NCBI GenBank assembly: GCA_951406725.2
Contig: OX597817.1
Span: 77,004,001 to 77,068,000, forward strand
Direction: 5' to 3'
Origin: Octopus vulgaris
Taxonomy: Eukaryota
Length of the DNA stretch: 64,000 bases
The position numbers were made by a program, and so were the translations under genes. Below the pieces are notes generated by a model that saw only the letters and a list, made by a program, of their open reading frames with translations, made no database searches and was not told the DNA's origin. Positions within the stretch are counted from its first letter, which is position 1, and the number at the start of each line of letters is the position of its first letter. Below are positions 12,726 through 25,329 of the stretch, in pieces.

Positions 12726-12758
12726 GTGTGTATGTGTATATACATACATGTGTATGTG

Positions 12759-12796
<38 letters not shown>

Positions 12797-12964
12797 CACA
12801 TACACACACACACACGCACACATGCACATGTAATAACAATCATACTTGGAAGGAATTTATAAATGTTTGATGCATCGCTACGCGCGTTTCTACGGAAGCT
12901 TTATTTGCAAACCTTTAACGTTACCATAGATGAATTTATAAGATGTGTATATATAAAAAAAAAC

Positions 12965-13255
12965 CTTCAGTTATGAACGTTCATTTGATAGCACCTAGAA
13001 AGTTACTCTCCGAAGCACAAGTCTGGGTAAGGCTGTTTTATGTTTTTATAGAAAACCAGCAATCGCCGATGCATATCAGCTTCCGCTCTCCACGCCGCCG
13101 ATAATGTTCAAAGGAAAGGCAGAGGCTGATACAGCTTGGCACCAGAGACATTGCAACTCATTTCTACACCTAATTGAACTGGAGCAACGTGAAATAATGA
13201 CACAGCCCGGTCCGGGTATCGAACTCACTACCTAATAATTATGAGCCCGACGCTC
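12965..13255 (-). mobile_element. SINE family D, near full length
   Basis: Head GAGCGTCGGGCTC...GAGTTCGATACCCGGACCGGGCTG, followed by a body shared in part with 41560-41700. Confidence 0.7.
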
Positions 13256-13439
13256 AACAAACAAACGATAGAGACGGAAATGGAATAGACGGATAACTTA
13301 ATAGCTCGCAACGATTGCGTCAACACATGCTGCATCGGTGTGGACGGGGTCTCGCCAGGTGACATACTAAGAGTTATCTCGTTAAATAATTTTCTTTTTC
13401 GCTCAGATTTAATACATGCTGGAAGTGTCCGTAGGTTAA

Positions 13440-13621
13440 GTCTGTTGGGCATGATTGACCGGTAACTCCACAAGTTTTTATTTTATATTTTCTCTGTGTT
13501 TGTTTCCTCGTGTTCTTTTCTGTTGACGAGCGTAGGCTCGAAACGTAAAAGACGTTCTCACCTTCCCGGGTGTCAAACTAATATACTTACTTGTTGATAC
13601 ACCTGCCTTCGTCTTTTGTTT

Positions 13622-13626
<5 letters not shown>
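13440..13626 (+). mobile_element. Short PLE-derived terminal-repeat fragment with hammerhead-like motif, abutting (TA)n
   Basis: TTGACGAGCGTAGGCTCGAAACGTAAAAGA at 13523-13552; homologous copy at 22575-22760 (-). Confidence 0.6.
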
Positions 13627-13692
<66 letters not shown>

Positions 13693-13697
<5 letters not shown>

Positions 13698-14027
13698 ATA
13701 AGGGTGAAAAATTGAATGTTAATTTGATTAATATCAATTTAAAACCAGTAGTGTAGCATATTGAAAAATATGAAGATTCAGAAAAATTATATTACATACA
13801 TATAAGAGGGGGTGACCACTAAGTGGACATCCATTATGCTAGAAGTCGGCCCTCTATGGTCTTACCACTAAGGAAGGAATGTTCTCAAGAAAATTTAGCA
13901 AACGCCAGAACGTAAGCAAGCAAGACAAATGAAAAGATATAAATTATACAGATTAATCACAAACCCTTAGTGGTAAGACCATAGGGGGTGACTTCTAGCA
14001 TAATGGATGTCTACTTAGAGGTCATTC

Positions 14028-14035
<8 letters not shown>
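13693..14035. mobile_element. (TA)n-flanked element with a ~70-bp inverted repeat (probable PLE-derived inversion)
   Basis: 13801-13873 is the reverse complement of 13965-14036 (GACCACTAAGTGGACATCCATTATGCTAGAAGTC...CTATGGTCTTACCACTAAGG). Confidence 0.6.
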
Positions 14036-14074
<39 letters not shown>

Positions 14075-14080
<6 letters not shown>

Positions 14081-14568
14081 TTATAAAATTTGAGATAAAA
14101 CCACTATTAGGCAACTCAAACAGAGATAGACATAAACCAAAACATAAAAAACAAAAAATAAATATAATTAATATAATATATAATATATATATATAAAATA
14201 TAAAATTTAAAATATAAATTATTAAAATTTTTTAATTTTAAAGTTATATTTTTTAATTTTTTAGTTTTTAGATTGTATGACATAATCCTAATGTTTTAAG
14301 TTTCTAATTTAGATAATAGAGTTTTCTTTATAAGAAAAATTATTATTTTATTTTTTTCTTAAAAAATATTGTTTAACTCTATTTGCTTATTTATTTAACT
14401 ATTATCATTAACCTGAAGATTGACTATAATTTTAATTCGAATTTTCAATCGAATTTAAACTTAATTGTGATTCGAATTGAATTATAGCCATGAAATGTAC
14501 GTAGTGTTTTTACTTATATTATATTGAACTTTTTTATACTTTTTGGTTAGTTATATAAAAAAAATTTA

Positions 14569-14575
<7 letters not shown>
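14075..14575 (+). mobile_element. Very AT-rich (TA)n-flanked PLE-like element with a long-stem hammerhead-like motif
   Basis: CTGAAGA (14413) + ~70-nt hairpin + GAAATGTACGTAG; homologous motif at 30718-30830. Confidence 0.55.
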
Positions 14576-14614
<39 letters not shown>

Positions 14615-14615
<1 letters not shown>

Positions 14616-14784
14616 TTGTCTGTCTTTACATTCTGAGTCCAAATTCCAGCGAGGTCGGCTTTGCCTTTCATCCTTTCGAGGTTGACAAATTAAGTACCAG
14701 TGATACACTGGGGTCGATGTCATCGACAAGCCCCCTCCCACAAAATTTCAGGTCTTGTCTTTAGCAGAAAGGATTGTTACTATT

Positions 14785-14842
<58 letters not shown>

Positions 14843-14849
14843 CAGCAGT

Positions 14850-14881
<32 letters not shown>

Positions 14882-15325
14882 TAGTAGTGTTATTAAAGAT
14901 GGTGATGTTATTAAAGAAAGATCGCTAGCACATCATACAAAATGATAAGCGGCATTTCTTACGACTCATATAGTTTCTGAATTCAATTGCCGCTGGAGTC
15001 AAATTTATCTTTCCTCCTTTTGAGTCAAGTACTGGGGTCAGTAAAATCGATAAACCCCCAATCAAAAAATTGCAACAGTTGTGCCAAACTTTGGAGCAAT
15101 TAAGACGGAGAGCTGGCAAAATCCTTACTGCGCCAGAAAAAAAAAAAGCTTTGCGGCTTTTCTTCTGAATTAGCATTCCGAGTTCGAATACTGCCGGGGT
15201 CGACTTTACCTTCCATGTTTTCGAAGTCGATAAAAGAAGTAGCAGTTGAGCACTGGGGCCACAGTAATCGACTAGCCCCTTCCTCCAACATTTCAGGCCT
15301 TATGCTTCTAGTAGAAGGATCTACT
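14615..15325 (+). mobile_element. Cluster of three SINE family A copies (14615-14780, 14920-15095, 15103-15325) with a (TAG)n tract
   Basis: Shared B box and core in each copy. Confidence 0.8.
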
Positions 15326-16589
15326 ATTATTATTATTGTTGTTGTTGTTTTTGTTATCAAGAGAAGATAAGGAGAAGAGGAAGAGAAGGAGGAGGAGGAA
15401 GAGAAGAGGGAGTGGAAGAAATGGGGAGGGTAAAAAAACACATGGTAATTGCGATAAATTCGAAGTTTCACCAGCTCATCAGACAACTCGTTGCAGCTAA
15501 GACTTCGAAGTTACAATCTGATAGGATCTGTACTTCAGAATGGAAAAAAGTATTAAATTTTCGCATGTCTAATGGGATTGAGGATAGGAAAAAATCGTTT
15601 TTAAAAAAAATCATGTGCTAGAGAAGGAAAAAAATTAAAGAAAAAATAAATCACAATAGTTATCACTAATGCTATACAAACTCCCCTGAAAGTCATGCTG
15701 ACGTATTTAATTAAGTTAGCGTCGTTATAAACTACTAGCAATGGGGCTGTTAGACAAGATGTAAGTGTTTATCTAAAGCTGTATTTGGCGAGAAGTACAA
15801 TTAATTAAAGCAAAGGGGTTTGCTAGTCAGAAACCAGAAGAGAGAAGAATTAACGTATAAAATAGAAAAAAAAAATGTTACAAAATGGAAGTAGAATAAG
15901 AAGGGAGAACAAGAGATTAAATGATGAAGTGAAGCTTTATAGGGAGTAATAGAGGGTGAAAAATAAACTAACAGATACAGCACATGGTTTAGAAGTAGTA
16001 AATAATGAGCGAGGTGGGATGAGCAAGAAATGAAGTCAGCAAAAGTGCATGAGATGGGAACATGAGTGATGCATGAAGAGGCTCTACCAACGCAGTGTGA
16101 TGTTTGTAAACGAGCAGTTAATGGCGGTGATGTAGTTATAGAATTAAATAATACGATTTGAGGAGGAGGAGGAAAAGGAAGAGGAGGAGAAGGAGAGGGA
16201 GTTATGTATGATTCAACAAACAGTATAACAAAAATTGCCGATGGTAGAAAGACGTAAAATTGCAGGGAAAGCTGAAAACATGACGGTCTAAAGTGAAACG
16301 AGCGGTCACGTAGAAAGATGTAAATTAAAGAAGAGGTTCGGTTGTTGTTGTTGTTGTTGTTTTTCTCTCTTTTCTCTTGTGTATGTGTAGGATAGTTAAA
16401 TAAATGTTAATAATGATTATACAGCCGTAGGTGATGTAACGACACAAATGTGAATGCCATTAAGTAAATTGCAAGAAAATTCAGTGGAATCATGAAGCAA
16501 GAGTTGACTGGTTGTTGAAAATGATACATTAGGGCAGTTGATCTTGAATTGGGGTTAAGAAAAGACAGAGGGTATTAAAGTACATAATA

Positions 16590-17010
16590 AGGTGAGCTGG
16601 CAGAATTGTTAACACGCCTGACAAAACGCTTAGCAGCATTTCTTCCGGTTTTTATATTCTAATTTCAAATTCCGCTGATATCGACTATGCCTTTCATCCT
16701 TTCCGGGTCGATGTAATCGACTGGCTTTTACACCTTCCTATCAAATTTTAGGCCTTGTTCTTATGGTAGAAATGAGATTAAAGTATATAATAGTTTCTGA
16801 TTTAGACACAAGGTCAGCAATTTTGAAAGGAAAGGAATCAGTCAATGCCGTCAACCCCAGTCCTTCACTAGTAGGTTTTTATTTTATCGACCCACAGAAA
16901 ACAAAGCGCAAGATTGACCTTGACTGAATTTGAATTCAGTACATAGAAAACATGGAAAAAAGCCGCAAAGTATTTTCTGATGCTCTAACGATTTTACCAG
17001 CCCTCTGCCC
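16590..17010. mobile_element. Tail-to-tail SINE family A pair (+ 16590-16775, - 16795-17010)
   Basis: Core motifs on opposite strands. Confidence 0.75.
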
Positions 17011-17049
17011 TAATATAAAAATACATGGTTTGGACTTGATTGCCTATGT

Positions 17050-17205
17050 TTATTAAGTGCATTGTAGAACGAAGGCCTTAGCAAGTTCTCTCCACCAACT
17101 ACGCCTGATGTGGAGGCCGTGAATTTGAATTGCAGATCATGCTTCTTTGATGAGCCAGCCTTCTCTACCACACTGACTCGACATGTCTTGGCAGAAGACT
17201 GTAGT
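17050..17205 (-). mobile_element. Probable RTE-clade LINE 3' end fragment
   Basis: Reverse complement reads ...RRSWWRELAKAFVLQCT*, resembling RTE ORF C-termini (DRxxWRxLVxA). Confidence 0.4.
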
Positions 17206-17234
17206 TTTTACACTTTTACCCAGAAATAATCAAA

Positions 17235-17470
17235 TCCATTACATCAACCCCAGTACACAAATGCTACTTATTTTATCGACTTCGAAATTATGAAAGGCAA
17301 AGTCGGCCTTGGGGGAATTTGAACAAGTCGAAATTGGGACGAGTCGATTCCAAGTGCTCAACAGGTACTCATTTTATGGATCCTAAAAGAATGAAAGGCA
17401 AAGTTCACCTCGGCGATATTTGCACGCACAACGTAAGAATTTCTGCCGCTAAGCATTTCTCCCGGCGTAT
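17235..17470 (-). mobile_element. Two degenerate SINE family A fragments
   Basis: ATGAAAGGCAAAGTC core twice. Confidence 0.7.
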
Positions 17471-17779
17471 AATGTACATTAATAGCTGTTAAAAACATAA
17501 TCTAGAAACGTGAAAATTGATGGCTACGATACAAGGCCTCAAATCTTTTGGGTGGACAAAGTGTAGTTGACTCGCTGCACTATGGAAGTTTAGAACTAAT
17601 AGTATTGCAATAAAATGTTACATAAAAGACACAAAATAGTGCATGTGAGATAGTTGCATGAAGGGTGCATAAACTAGTGGTTAGCGTATTGCACTTATGA
17701 TCACAAGATCAACGGCAGACGGAAACTGTGTGGAAGCTCGTTGTATATATATATATATACATATACATATACATATATA

Positions 17780-17935
17780 TATACGATGGGCTTCTTTCAG
17801 TTTCTGCCTATCGAAACCACTCACAAGGCTTTGTCGGCCCGAAGATATAGTGGAAGAAGACACTTGCCCAAAGTGCCACGCGGTGGGACTGAACACGGAA
17901 ACAAGCTTCTTACTACACAGCCACGTCTGCACCTA
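17780..17935 (-). mobile_element. SINE family B, 5' half
   Basis: Reverse complement GTGGCTGTGTAGTAAGAAGCTTG...GTTCAGTCCCACCGCGTGGCACTTTGGGCAAGTGTCTTC. Confidence 0.85.
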
Positions 17936-17975
17936 TATATATATATATATATGTACGTGTATATATGTGTACTTT

Positions 17976-18027
<52 letters not shown>

Positions 18028-18223
18028 CACAAGTACCCATATATACACGTACATATATATATATGTACGTGTATATATGTGTACTTGTGTGTGTATATAT
18101 ATATATATATATTTATATACATACACAAGTACACATATATACACGTACATATATATACATAATGATTAGGGTGTTGCACTCATGATCGCAAGATCATCGG
18201 TCGACGGAATATATATATAGTTA

Positions 18224-18330
18224 AGGCACATGGATCGGTGGTTAGAGCGTCGAGCTTACGACCTTGAGGTTGTGAGTCCGAATCTCGGGCTGGTCTGCGT
18301 GCTGTGTTCTTCAGCAAGACACTTTATTTC
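18224..18330 (+). mobile_element. SINE family D head
   Basis: GGTGGTTAGAGCGTCGAGCTTACGACCTTGAGGTTGTGAGTCCGAATCTC. Confidence 0.75.
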
Positions 18331-18334
18331 ATTT

Positions 18335-18937
18335 TATTTGCCATTGAGAAGTTTTTCTTGCCATTTATCAGCACGAATATCTAATGTAGCAATTTTAGAA
18401 CGGGTTTTCATACGCTTAGCTTTTTCTGTGCTTGTTTCCAGTACGTTTAGTTTGAGGATTTGTTGTATTTGGAATTCTTTTAGATATTCCTTTGCCTGTT
18501 TTGTTACTGAGTACGATGTTTTCTTGTTTCTATGCTTTGAGACAAGTTTTAACATCCAATCCCCAGATGTTTTTCAGGTAGGTGTCTAGGCCAATTGTAG
18601 CAATCTTCATTGTTATTGCCAGTTGTAAAAGTCCACGGCCTCCCACTTTTATTGGCAGATAAAGTCGTTCTATATCTGCCTTAGGGTGGTGCATTCTATG
18701 CATTGTCAACAATTTTCGTATTTTTCTGTCGCGATTACGTATTTCAGTAATTGACCAGTTAATGATATTGAAAATGTAAGTCACGACTGGTATTGCTAAA
18801 GTATTGATTGCTTCGATCCTGTTTCTTGCATACAGCTCTATCTTGAATATTGCCCTTACCCTGCGATAGCGTTCTCTTCTGATCCTTTCCCTCATCACTG
18901 AATGCTTGATTCCGTCCTCTTCAAATACCCCTAGGTA
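18335..18937 (-). mobile_element. R4/Dong-clade non-LTR retrotransposon fragment (post-RT region)
   Basis: YLGVFEEDGIKHS...YRRVRAIFKIELYARNRIEAINTLAIPVVTY...MHRMHHPKADIERLYLPIKVGGRGLL; homologous to 43722-44150; begins in a (TAA/TGA)n tract. Confidence 0.85.
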
Positions 18938-19002
18938 TTATTATTATCATCATCATCATCATCATCATCGTCGTCATCATCATCATCATCATCATCATCA
19001 TA

Positions 19003-19406
19003 GAGTGAGAGAGCAGTGCATGCCATCAAAGTGAATCCCAGTATAGCAATCATGACTTCTTGTCTGACAAGGGTACATCAGATACTTCCACCACAAACAT
19101 ATGTGCACGACATGGTGATTTCATACCAAGATATACAGCGCATGACCTTTCTGGTGGATCCCGGTTAGAATATTCTGCAGGTCGAGTAGCCATGTCTGCC
19201 CAGAAGGCCCCTGGATAAGGGCTATGTAAGGACGTTGAACGAAACGCCCGTTTCCAGATCTGAACAGACAAGAAAATCTGTGGTATTGAGCAGAATATTT
19301 GCTGTAGCCCATCTTTTATACCAAGACATAACAATGTACATGATAACACTTCCAATCAGTTAAGATCAGAAGCCATGAGAGCCACTGCTTGGTATTACAC
19401 CAGGGC
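19003..19406 (-). mobile_element. Family C element (internally deleted) in (TAA/TGA)n
   Basis: Same 5' start (GCCCTG.TG.A.TACCA.GCAGTGGCTCTC) and 3' end (CTCTCTCACTC) as 29671-30224. Confidence 0.85.
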
Positions 19407-19773
19407 ATTTATTATCATTATTGCTATTATTTTTGCAAATAAAATATTTGATGTTCCTAACGTGCTGTAATTCTTTTTTTTTTTTCTTTTTTTTTGACAT
19501 TTTTGTAATATCTGTTGCTAGTTAAATTATATGTGTTTATGTATTTGAGGGAAACACAACTTCAGAATTTGTCTCATCGGTTTACAAACTGGATATTTTG
19601 TGCGGCTGTTAATGAAACCTAACCGATAATGAATTTATTTTTGTAATGATTCAGTTCTGTAACGTCAGTTAAAGTTTATAATTATTCGTATATTTTTTTT
19701 TTTTTCATTTATTGAAAACATTTTTACATTATATATATTTTTTGCTGAACGTAACCATAGCATACAAAACATC

Positions 19774-19824
<51 letters not shown>

Positions 19825-20464
19825 TTTGTTCTTTCTGTCCTTCACATACACATGTATATTCACACGCAGATAAATTCACAACTGAGCAAGCATGCTCACG
19901 CAAACAAGCACTTCTAGTTTGTTTATTTTTCTCATTTAGTTGAGATGAATGCCAAAGTGTGACGTCACGCTGCGTTCAGTTAAGAACTGATTCAGATACA
20001 GCTTTCATTGCCGGAATAATAGAAGACTTTAGATGAATTAAAAGTGCCTAGTTTCAAAATCTGCAATTTCTTTTCTGGATTTTCATTCACAACCAATTCC
20101 ATTTGTTCTACTTGGAGACTAATTACTTTAGATCAGTATCGAAGATTTCGTTTTCTTTCTTCTTCATTTCTTCCATTTTTTTTTAAACTTCTTATATTGG
20201 AGCGCGACTTCGAACAAGAGTTAAGCTTCCGGCAAATCAAAACTGCTGCAAAGATTTTAACACCTGGTTGAAGCTGTTTCACTTAGCCTGTTAAAAGATT
20301 AAAGAAAGCCATGAAAAGTCGCTGACTTCCCATAATTCCTCTTCCTTAATCTACTGTGCTTTGTCAATAAAAACCGATATTGTATGAGGTTGTTACTGCT
20401 GCTATTATTTTGGTATTGTTGTTGTTGTTGTTGTTGTTGTTGTTTCTGATACGTAACTCGAAGT

Positions 20465-20755
20465 CAACTTGATCAAGTATATAAATGAAGACATTCCAAA
20501 TATGACCACTCTGTCTTTTAGGGATATCTAGGACTATATATTCTTACATTTTTAAATCACTGATCAAGCAGATATTTAATTAAAGACATTCCAAGTGTGG
20601 TCGTCTAATCCTTTTAAGGAATCTCTACTATTACGTAATCCAATAGAATTTTATATTTCTAAAACTCTGATCGAGCAGCTATATAGTTAAAAATGTCCCG
20701 ATTGCACCATTCCATCTTTTCAAGGGATACCTACGACTTCATACTCAAATGTGTT
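20465..20755. repeat. Three degenerate ~100-bp tandem units
   Basis: TGATC(A/G)AG...AAAGACATTCCA...TCTTTT...GGATA(T/C)CTA recurring at ~20470, ~20561 and ~20668. Confidence 0.6.
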
Positions 20756-21169
20756 TTTATAATTATAAAACGCTGAAAACATTCCAAATATAAACACAAA
20801 GATGAAGCTCTGACATCAAAGACTGGAACTGAAACACCTTGGTGTAGTCTACGACTATAGCCCGTAACGGCAGTATGTGATGAAGAGTGGTGGTCTTGTC
20901 TGAGATCCCACATCCTTCGCCGATTCTCGGCCATGCTGATAGCAATATTCATAAATTAATCAGGATTAGATTATTTAATATATCTTTCACCATTTAAAGA
21001 TTATAAGGTGTCATTTGAAGGATGGTGATTTTTGTCTGTAATTTTTAAGTTCTTGAAAAACTATGTTGAGACTCTTTCTGTGGTATACAACTTATTCGTA
21101 GTTCAAGGCGGTGCAGAGAAAGTCGAAGTAAAAAAAATTACATTTTTACAAACTAAAGAAATGAAAAAT

Positions 21170-21840
21170 ATTCTTCTTCTTGTCTTTTCTTTTAACAGCA
21201 TTCTGCCGGGAGGGGTTAAGCCGGCTTCTATTGAGTTCACCACGACACAGATCAAGGCGGTCCACACATGTCTGTTGGCGGCCGATTCTGCAGCGTATTG
21301 CAGTCATTCCTGGTTCCAGCGACGAACACCAAAGACTCGAGGGCCAGCAAAGAGCTCCATATCTGCTTTGATTGACGTGAGCCACGTCTTCAGCTGACCG
21401 CCTCTCCACCTCTTGAAGAGTTGTTTATGGGGGCGCCGCAACGCGTGACCAACCTACTGTAGTCTCCTTGTTAGAAGAGTTCCCTCAAAAGGTGAGAGAC
21501 CGCAGCGGGCGTAAAGTTATCGGTTCAAGTCTGAAACACGCAGTCGGAGAAGACGACGAATACAGAAGCGATCGAAGACCTCCAGCCTATGAAGATTAGT
21601 GACACGCATTGGTCAGGTCTCACGACCGTACAGATGGACAGTTCAGGCAAGCGCTAGTACATAAGGTATTTCTTCGCGTGGTGCATTTCCCGACGCATCC
21701 ATAAGTGCTTATAGATGTAGCAGAAGGCCAATCGCGCGCGATTGATCCGAATGGAAATTCGTCTTTATCCTGGCTAGTGGCGGTAAAGATGGATCCGAGA
21801 TATTTGAACTTCTCAACCTCTTCCACAGCCTCAGTGATAG
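21170..21840 (-). mobile_element. RTE-clade LINE, 5'-truncated 3' fragment
   Basis: VEEVEKFKYLGSIFT, LEVFDRFCIRRLL, GHALRRP, AANRHVWTALI motifs with frameshifts. Confidence 0.8.
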
Positions 21841-22279
21841 GATTATGTCCTCACCTATGGTTATGAATGAGGTATAATAATCGAAATAGCACGATCGCGA
21901 ATATAAACTACCGAAATGGGGTTTCTCCAGTCTCTGGAATAAAGTTACCCGACAGTCTGCGTAGCTCGAAGATCAAGGAGGTTCTCCAAGCCGATCGATA
22001 ATTGAACCAATGTTCGATAATTTAATTACTGAGAATTCGATCATTTGGCGTGTCCTCCGTCGTCATTTTAAAACAAAGGGTGAGATTTAAAGGATATCTT
22101 GCTATTATTTTTAATACCTTGAGTAGCTACATGGAAACTCTGAGGGTGATTAAGTACTTATTCGTAGTGTCGAAGAAAAATGTTTGTTTTTAAGAAATCA
22201 AGATAAGTATAGGCGTGGTTGTGTAGTTTCCCAACCACACACAAACATATATGTATATATGTATATTATATATATATAT

Positions 22280-22309
<30 letters not shown>

Positions 22310-22313
<4 letters not shown>

Positions 22314-22470
22314 GACGAGCTTCTTTAAGTTTCCTTCTAACAAATCTACTCACAAGGCTTTGGTCGACCTGGGGCTATAGCAGAAGACACTTGCACAAGG
22401 TGTCACGTAGTGAGATTGAATCCGGTAACCTGTGGCTGGGAAGAAAATTTCTTACCACACAGCCATGCAT
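22310..22470 (-). mobile_element. SINE family B, 5' half
   Basis: Matches the family B head and core. Confidence 0.8.
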
Positions 22471-22574
22471 GTGCGTGCATACATACATGCATGCATATAT
22501 ATATATGTATGCATGTATGTATGTATGTATGTATGTATGTATGTATGTATGTATGTATGTATATAGTTGAAATT

Positions 22575-22760
22575 TATAGAAAGACAAAAGACAAAGACAG
22601 GTGTATGAACAATAAGCAACTGTATTAGTTTGACGCTCGGGAAAATGAATAAGTATTTTACATTTCGAGCCTACGCTCTTTAGCTGAAAGGAAAAAGAGA
22701 AAATAAACAGAGAGAATGAAAAAAACTTGTAGATTTCAGCAGTCCAGCATGGCGAATATA
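22575..22760 (-). mobile_element. PLE-derived fragment with hammerhead-like motif (same family as 13440-13626)
   Basis: Reverse complement CTAAAGAGCGTAGGCTCGAAATGTAAAATAC...GAGCGTCAAACTAATAC. Confidence 0.6.
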
Positions 22761-22870
22761 TTAATTATACAAATTATGCAAATATATATATATATATTTG
22801 CATAATGCATGTAAGTTATATATGTATGTATATGTGAGTATATATATACACACACAACACAAATACGTAC

Positions 22871-22946
<76 letters not shown>

Positions 22947-23914
22947 CATGTCGATGTAGTGGAAAGAACTAGACAAAAGAACAGAAAATTTAGGAACTCT
23001 CTCCGTGATGATTCTGCAGATGATACCACCATGACTGACAAATGTAGGAAAATAAGCTTTATCAAAGTTAGTTCGAGATTCTTGTGGCAAACAGCTAAAT
23101 GGATCGTCTGCAATTCGACCGTTGGGAGAGCTTACTGTCCCTGCAATACATGGAGACAGTCTTTATGAACTGGATAAGGATGGTGTAGCGGTTATTGCTA
23201 TGATGAATTAAAGACGTTTAGTTTGTGTATTGGGGAGCGAATTTTTTCTCTCTGTTCTGAAAATGTGTTGCTATAAGTAAGCCACTTGATTGTGTATGTA
23301 GTGGATTTTATGAGATGTAACGTAGCTTACCTAAAAGGATGGTTCCAATAACACACCCAGCTGTTTCTGACGGGTCAGGGTCGAAGCATATTTTCTGCCA
23401 AATGCAGTCAACATAGAACTGGCTGAGCTTCGATGAGTTAGTTGATTTTAAAGTAGCACAGAGTTTGCGGCAGGGTAATGCTTGATGTGAAGAAATGAAG
23501 TCGGTAGACGAGATAAGACTCTGCTCTCACAACTCAGACAAGTAAGTACATGATGTTAACTACGCTGGGCTTGAATTTGGAGATGAGAATAAGATCAAGG
23601 CCATTTAACTGTCTATACCTTACAATTACAAATATAGCTTGAAACTATAGTTCATGTAAAGAGTTTAAGACCGCGGACGATGCCTCTTGCGCAATAGTTC
23701 CTCTCTCCATGTGCTCTTCACAACCACTGAACGTCCATGCTTGACATAGTCCTCTCCACCGCTCTTCCATTTTACTTAAGCTTGAGATTTTTGAAACCCT
23801 CTCTACCACTGCTTCTTCATTCTTTACTTCTTCTCTCATCCCCTGTCTCGCACACTATCCACATTATGAGGCACAGATTTTCCCTTGCCTCTTCCTCTTC
23901 CCCACTATGATAAT

Positions 23915-24084
23915 TGTCGTGTGGACGCCCACAGACAATGAAGTAGGCTAGCTCAATACGTAGATATAGAAGGAGGAGTCTAGACGACGAGGAGTTGAGT
24001 AGAGGTCATCCGAACGTGCGATATAACAGTGGCGACGAGGCATTCGTAGCTCACACAGCCACTGTGTAGTATTGCGATATAACA
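23915..24084 (+). mobile_element. 170-bp LTR-retrotransposon remnant (LTR + PBS + LTR end) with 5-bp TSD
   Basis: ATAAT|TGT...TGCGATATAACA (24028), G, TGGCGACGAGG PBS-like (24030-24040), second TGCGATATAACA|ATAAT (24084). Confidence 0.7.
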
Positions 24085-24864
24085 ATAATCTATATTACTT
24101 CTTTACTTTATTCTGTTCATATGATATCTTTGATTCCGCCGCATTAATTATACAAAACGTTCGTCTACGAACATTTAACCAGGATTTGAGGCAAAGTCCT
24201 GGACATGGACAAAGAAGCATCTAATCTCTGATGATGGAGAGCGTGCCAAATGTTTACACCTCCACGTTTAATAGCGCTAAGTTGAGGTTGACATCTATGT
24301 GTATAAGAAAGATGATTTACAAGGTTTCAATTCCACCTCATTAACGAATGATGTCGGATTCAACAGTTAAGCTAGAGAAGAAAGAAACAGTCTAGAATTA
24401 AGAAAGCTTTAATCCCATCTGACTTCAATAATCTTGATTATTAGCCAATACTGATAGATTTCCGTATATCCGTACAATAAATATATGGTATATTCACATA
24501 TTAGCAATTACACCCACAGATTCGTACATACGTACACACGCACACACGCACGCACGCACACACACACACACATACACACACACACACACACACACAGCTG
24601 CACACATGGTTCAGTTGCTCTGTTATCTGCGGATTGTATACAGCTTCTCCACTATCGAGCACTTTACACAGAGCATTTGTTTATTGAATACTTGCTACAA
24701 CTACTACAACTATTGTATTACAAAACACAACACACACACACATACATGCATGCATGCATCCATTCGCCCTCCAACCATCCATCCATCTATACATACATAC
24801 ATGCATATATATACATACATAGATTACGTACATATATATTAACATAGTCATACGTACAAGTGTG

Positions 24865-24904
<40 letters not shown>

Positions 24905-24936
24905 TATATATATACATACATATATATATACATATG

Positions 24937-24969
<33 letters not shown>

Positions 24970-24970
24970 G

Positions 24971-25011
<41 letters not shown>

Positions 25012-25246
25012 GTACACCCAAATATGCATACTTATATATATATATAGATGCACATACACACACACACAAACATATATATATATATATATATATATATACA
25101 CCACATATATTCAGTAGTTACACACATGGAAACCCTAACACATCTACATATATACATGTAAATGTTATTTTCCGCACATTGCATCGTAAGCGTTTTTCTT
25201 TTATATTTTTTTCCCCCAAAGTAACCAACAATCCGTTTTTTTTGTT

Positions 25247-25287
<41 letters not shown>

Positions 25288-25329
25288 GATACTGTTTTTT
25301 TTTTTCTGCTTTCTTTTTCTTTTTCGTAG

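Noticed and set aside
23190-23560. Possible minus-strand GIY-YIG/PLE remnant
   Set aside because: Too degenerate to support with motifs.
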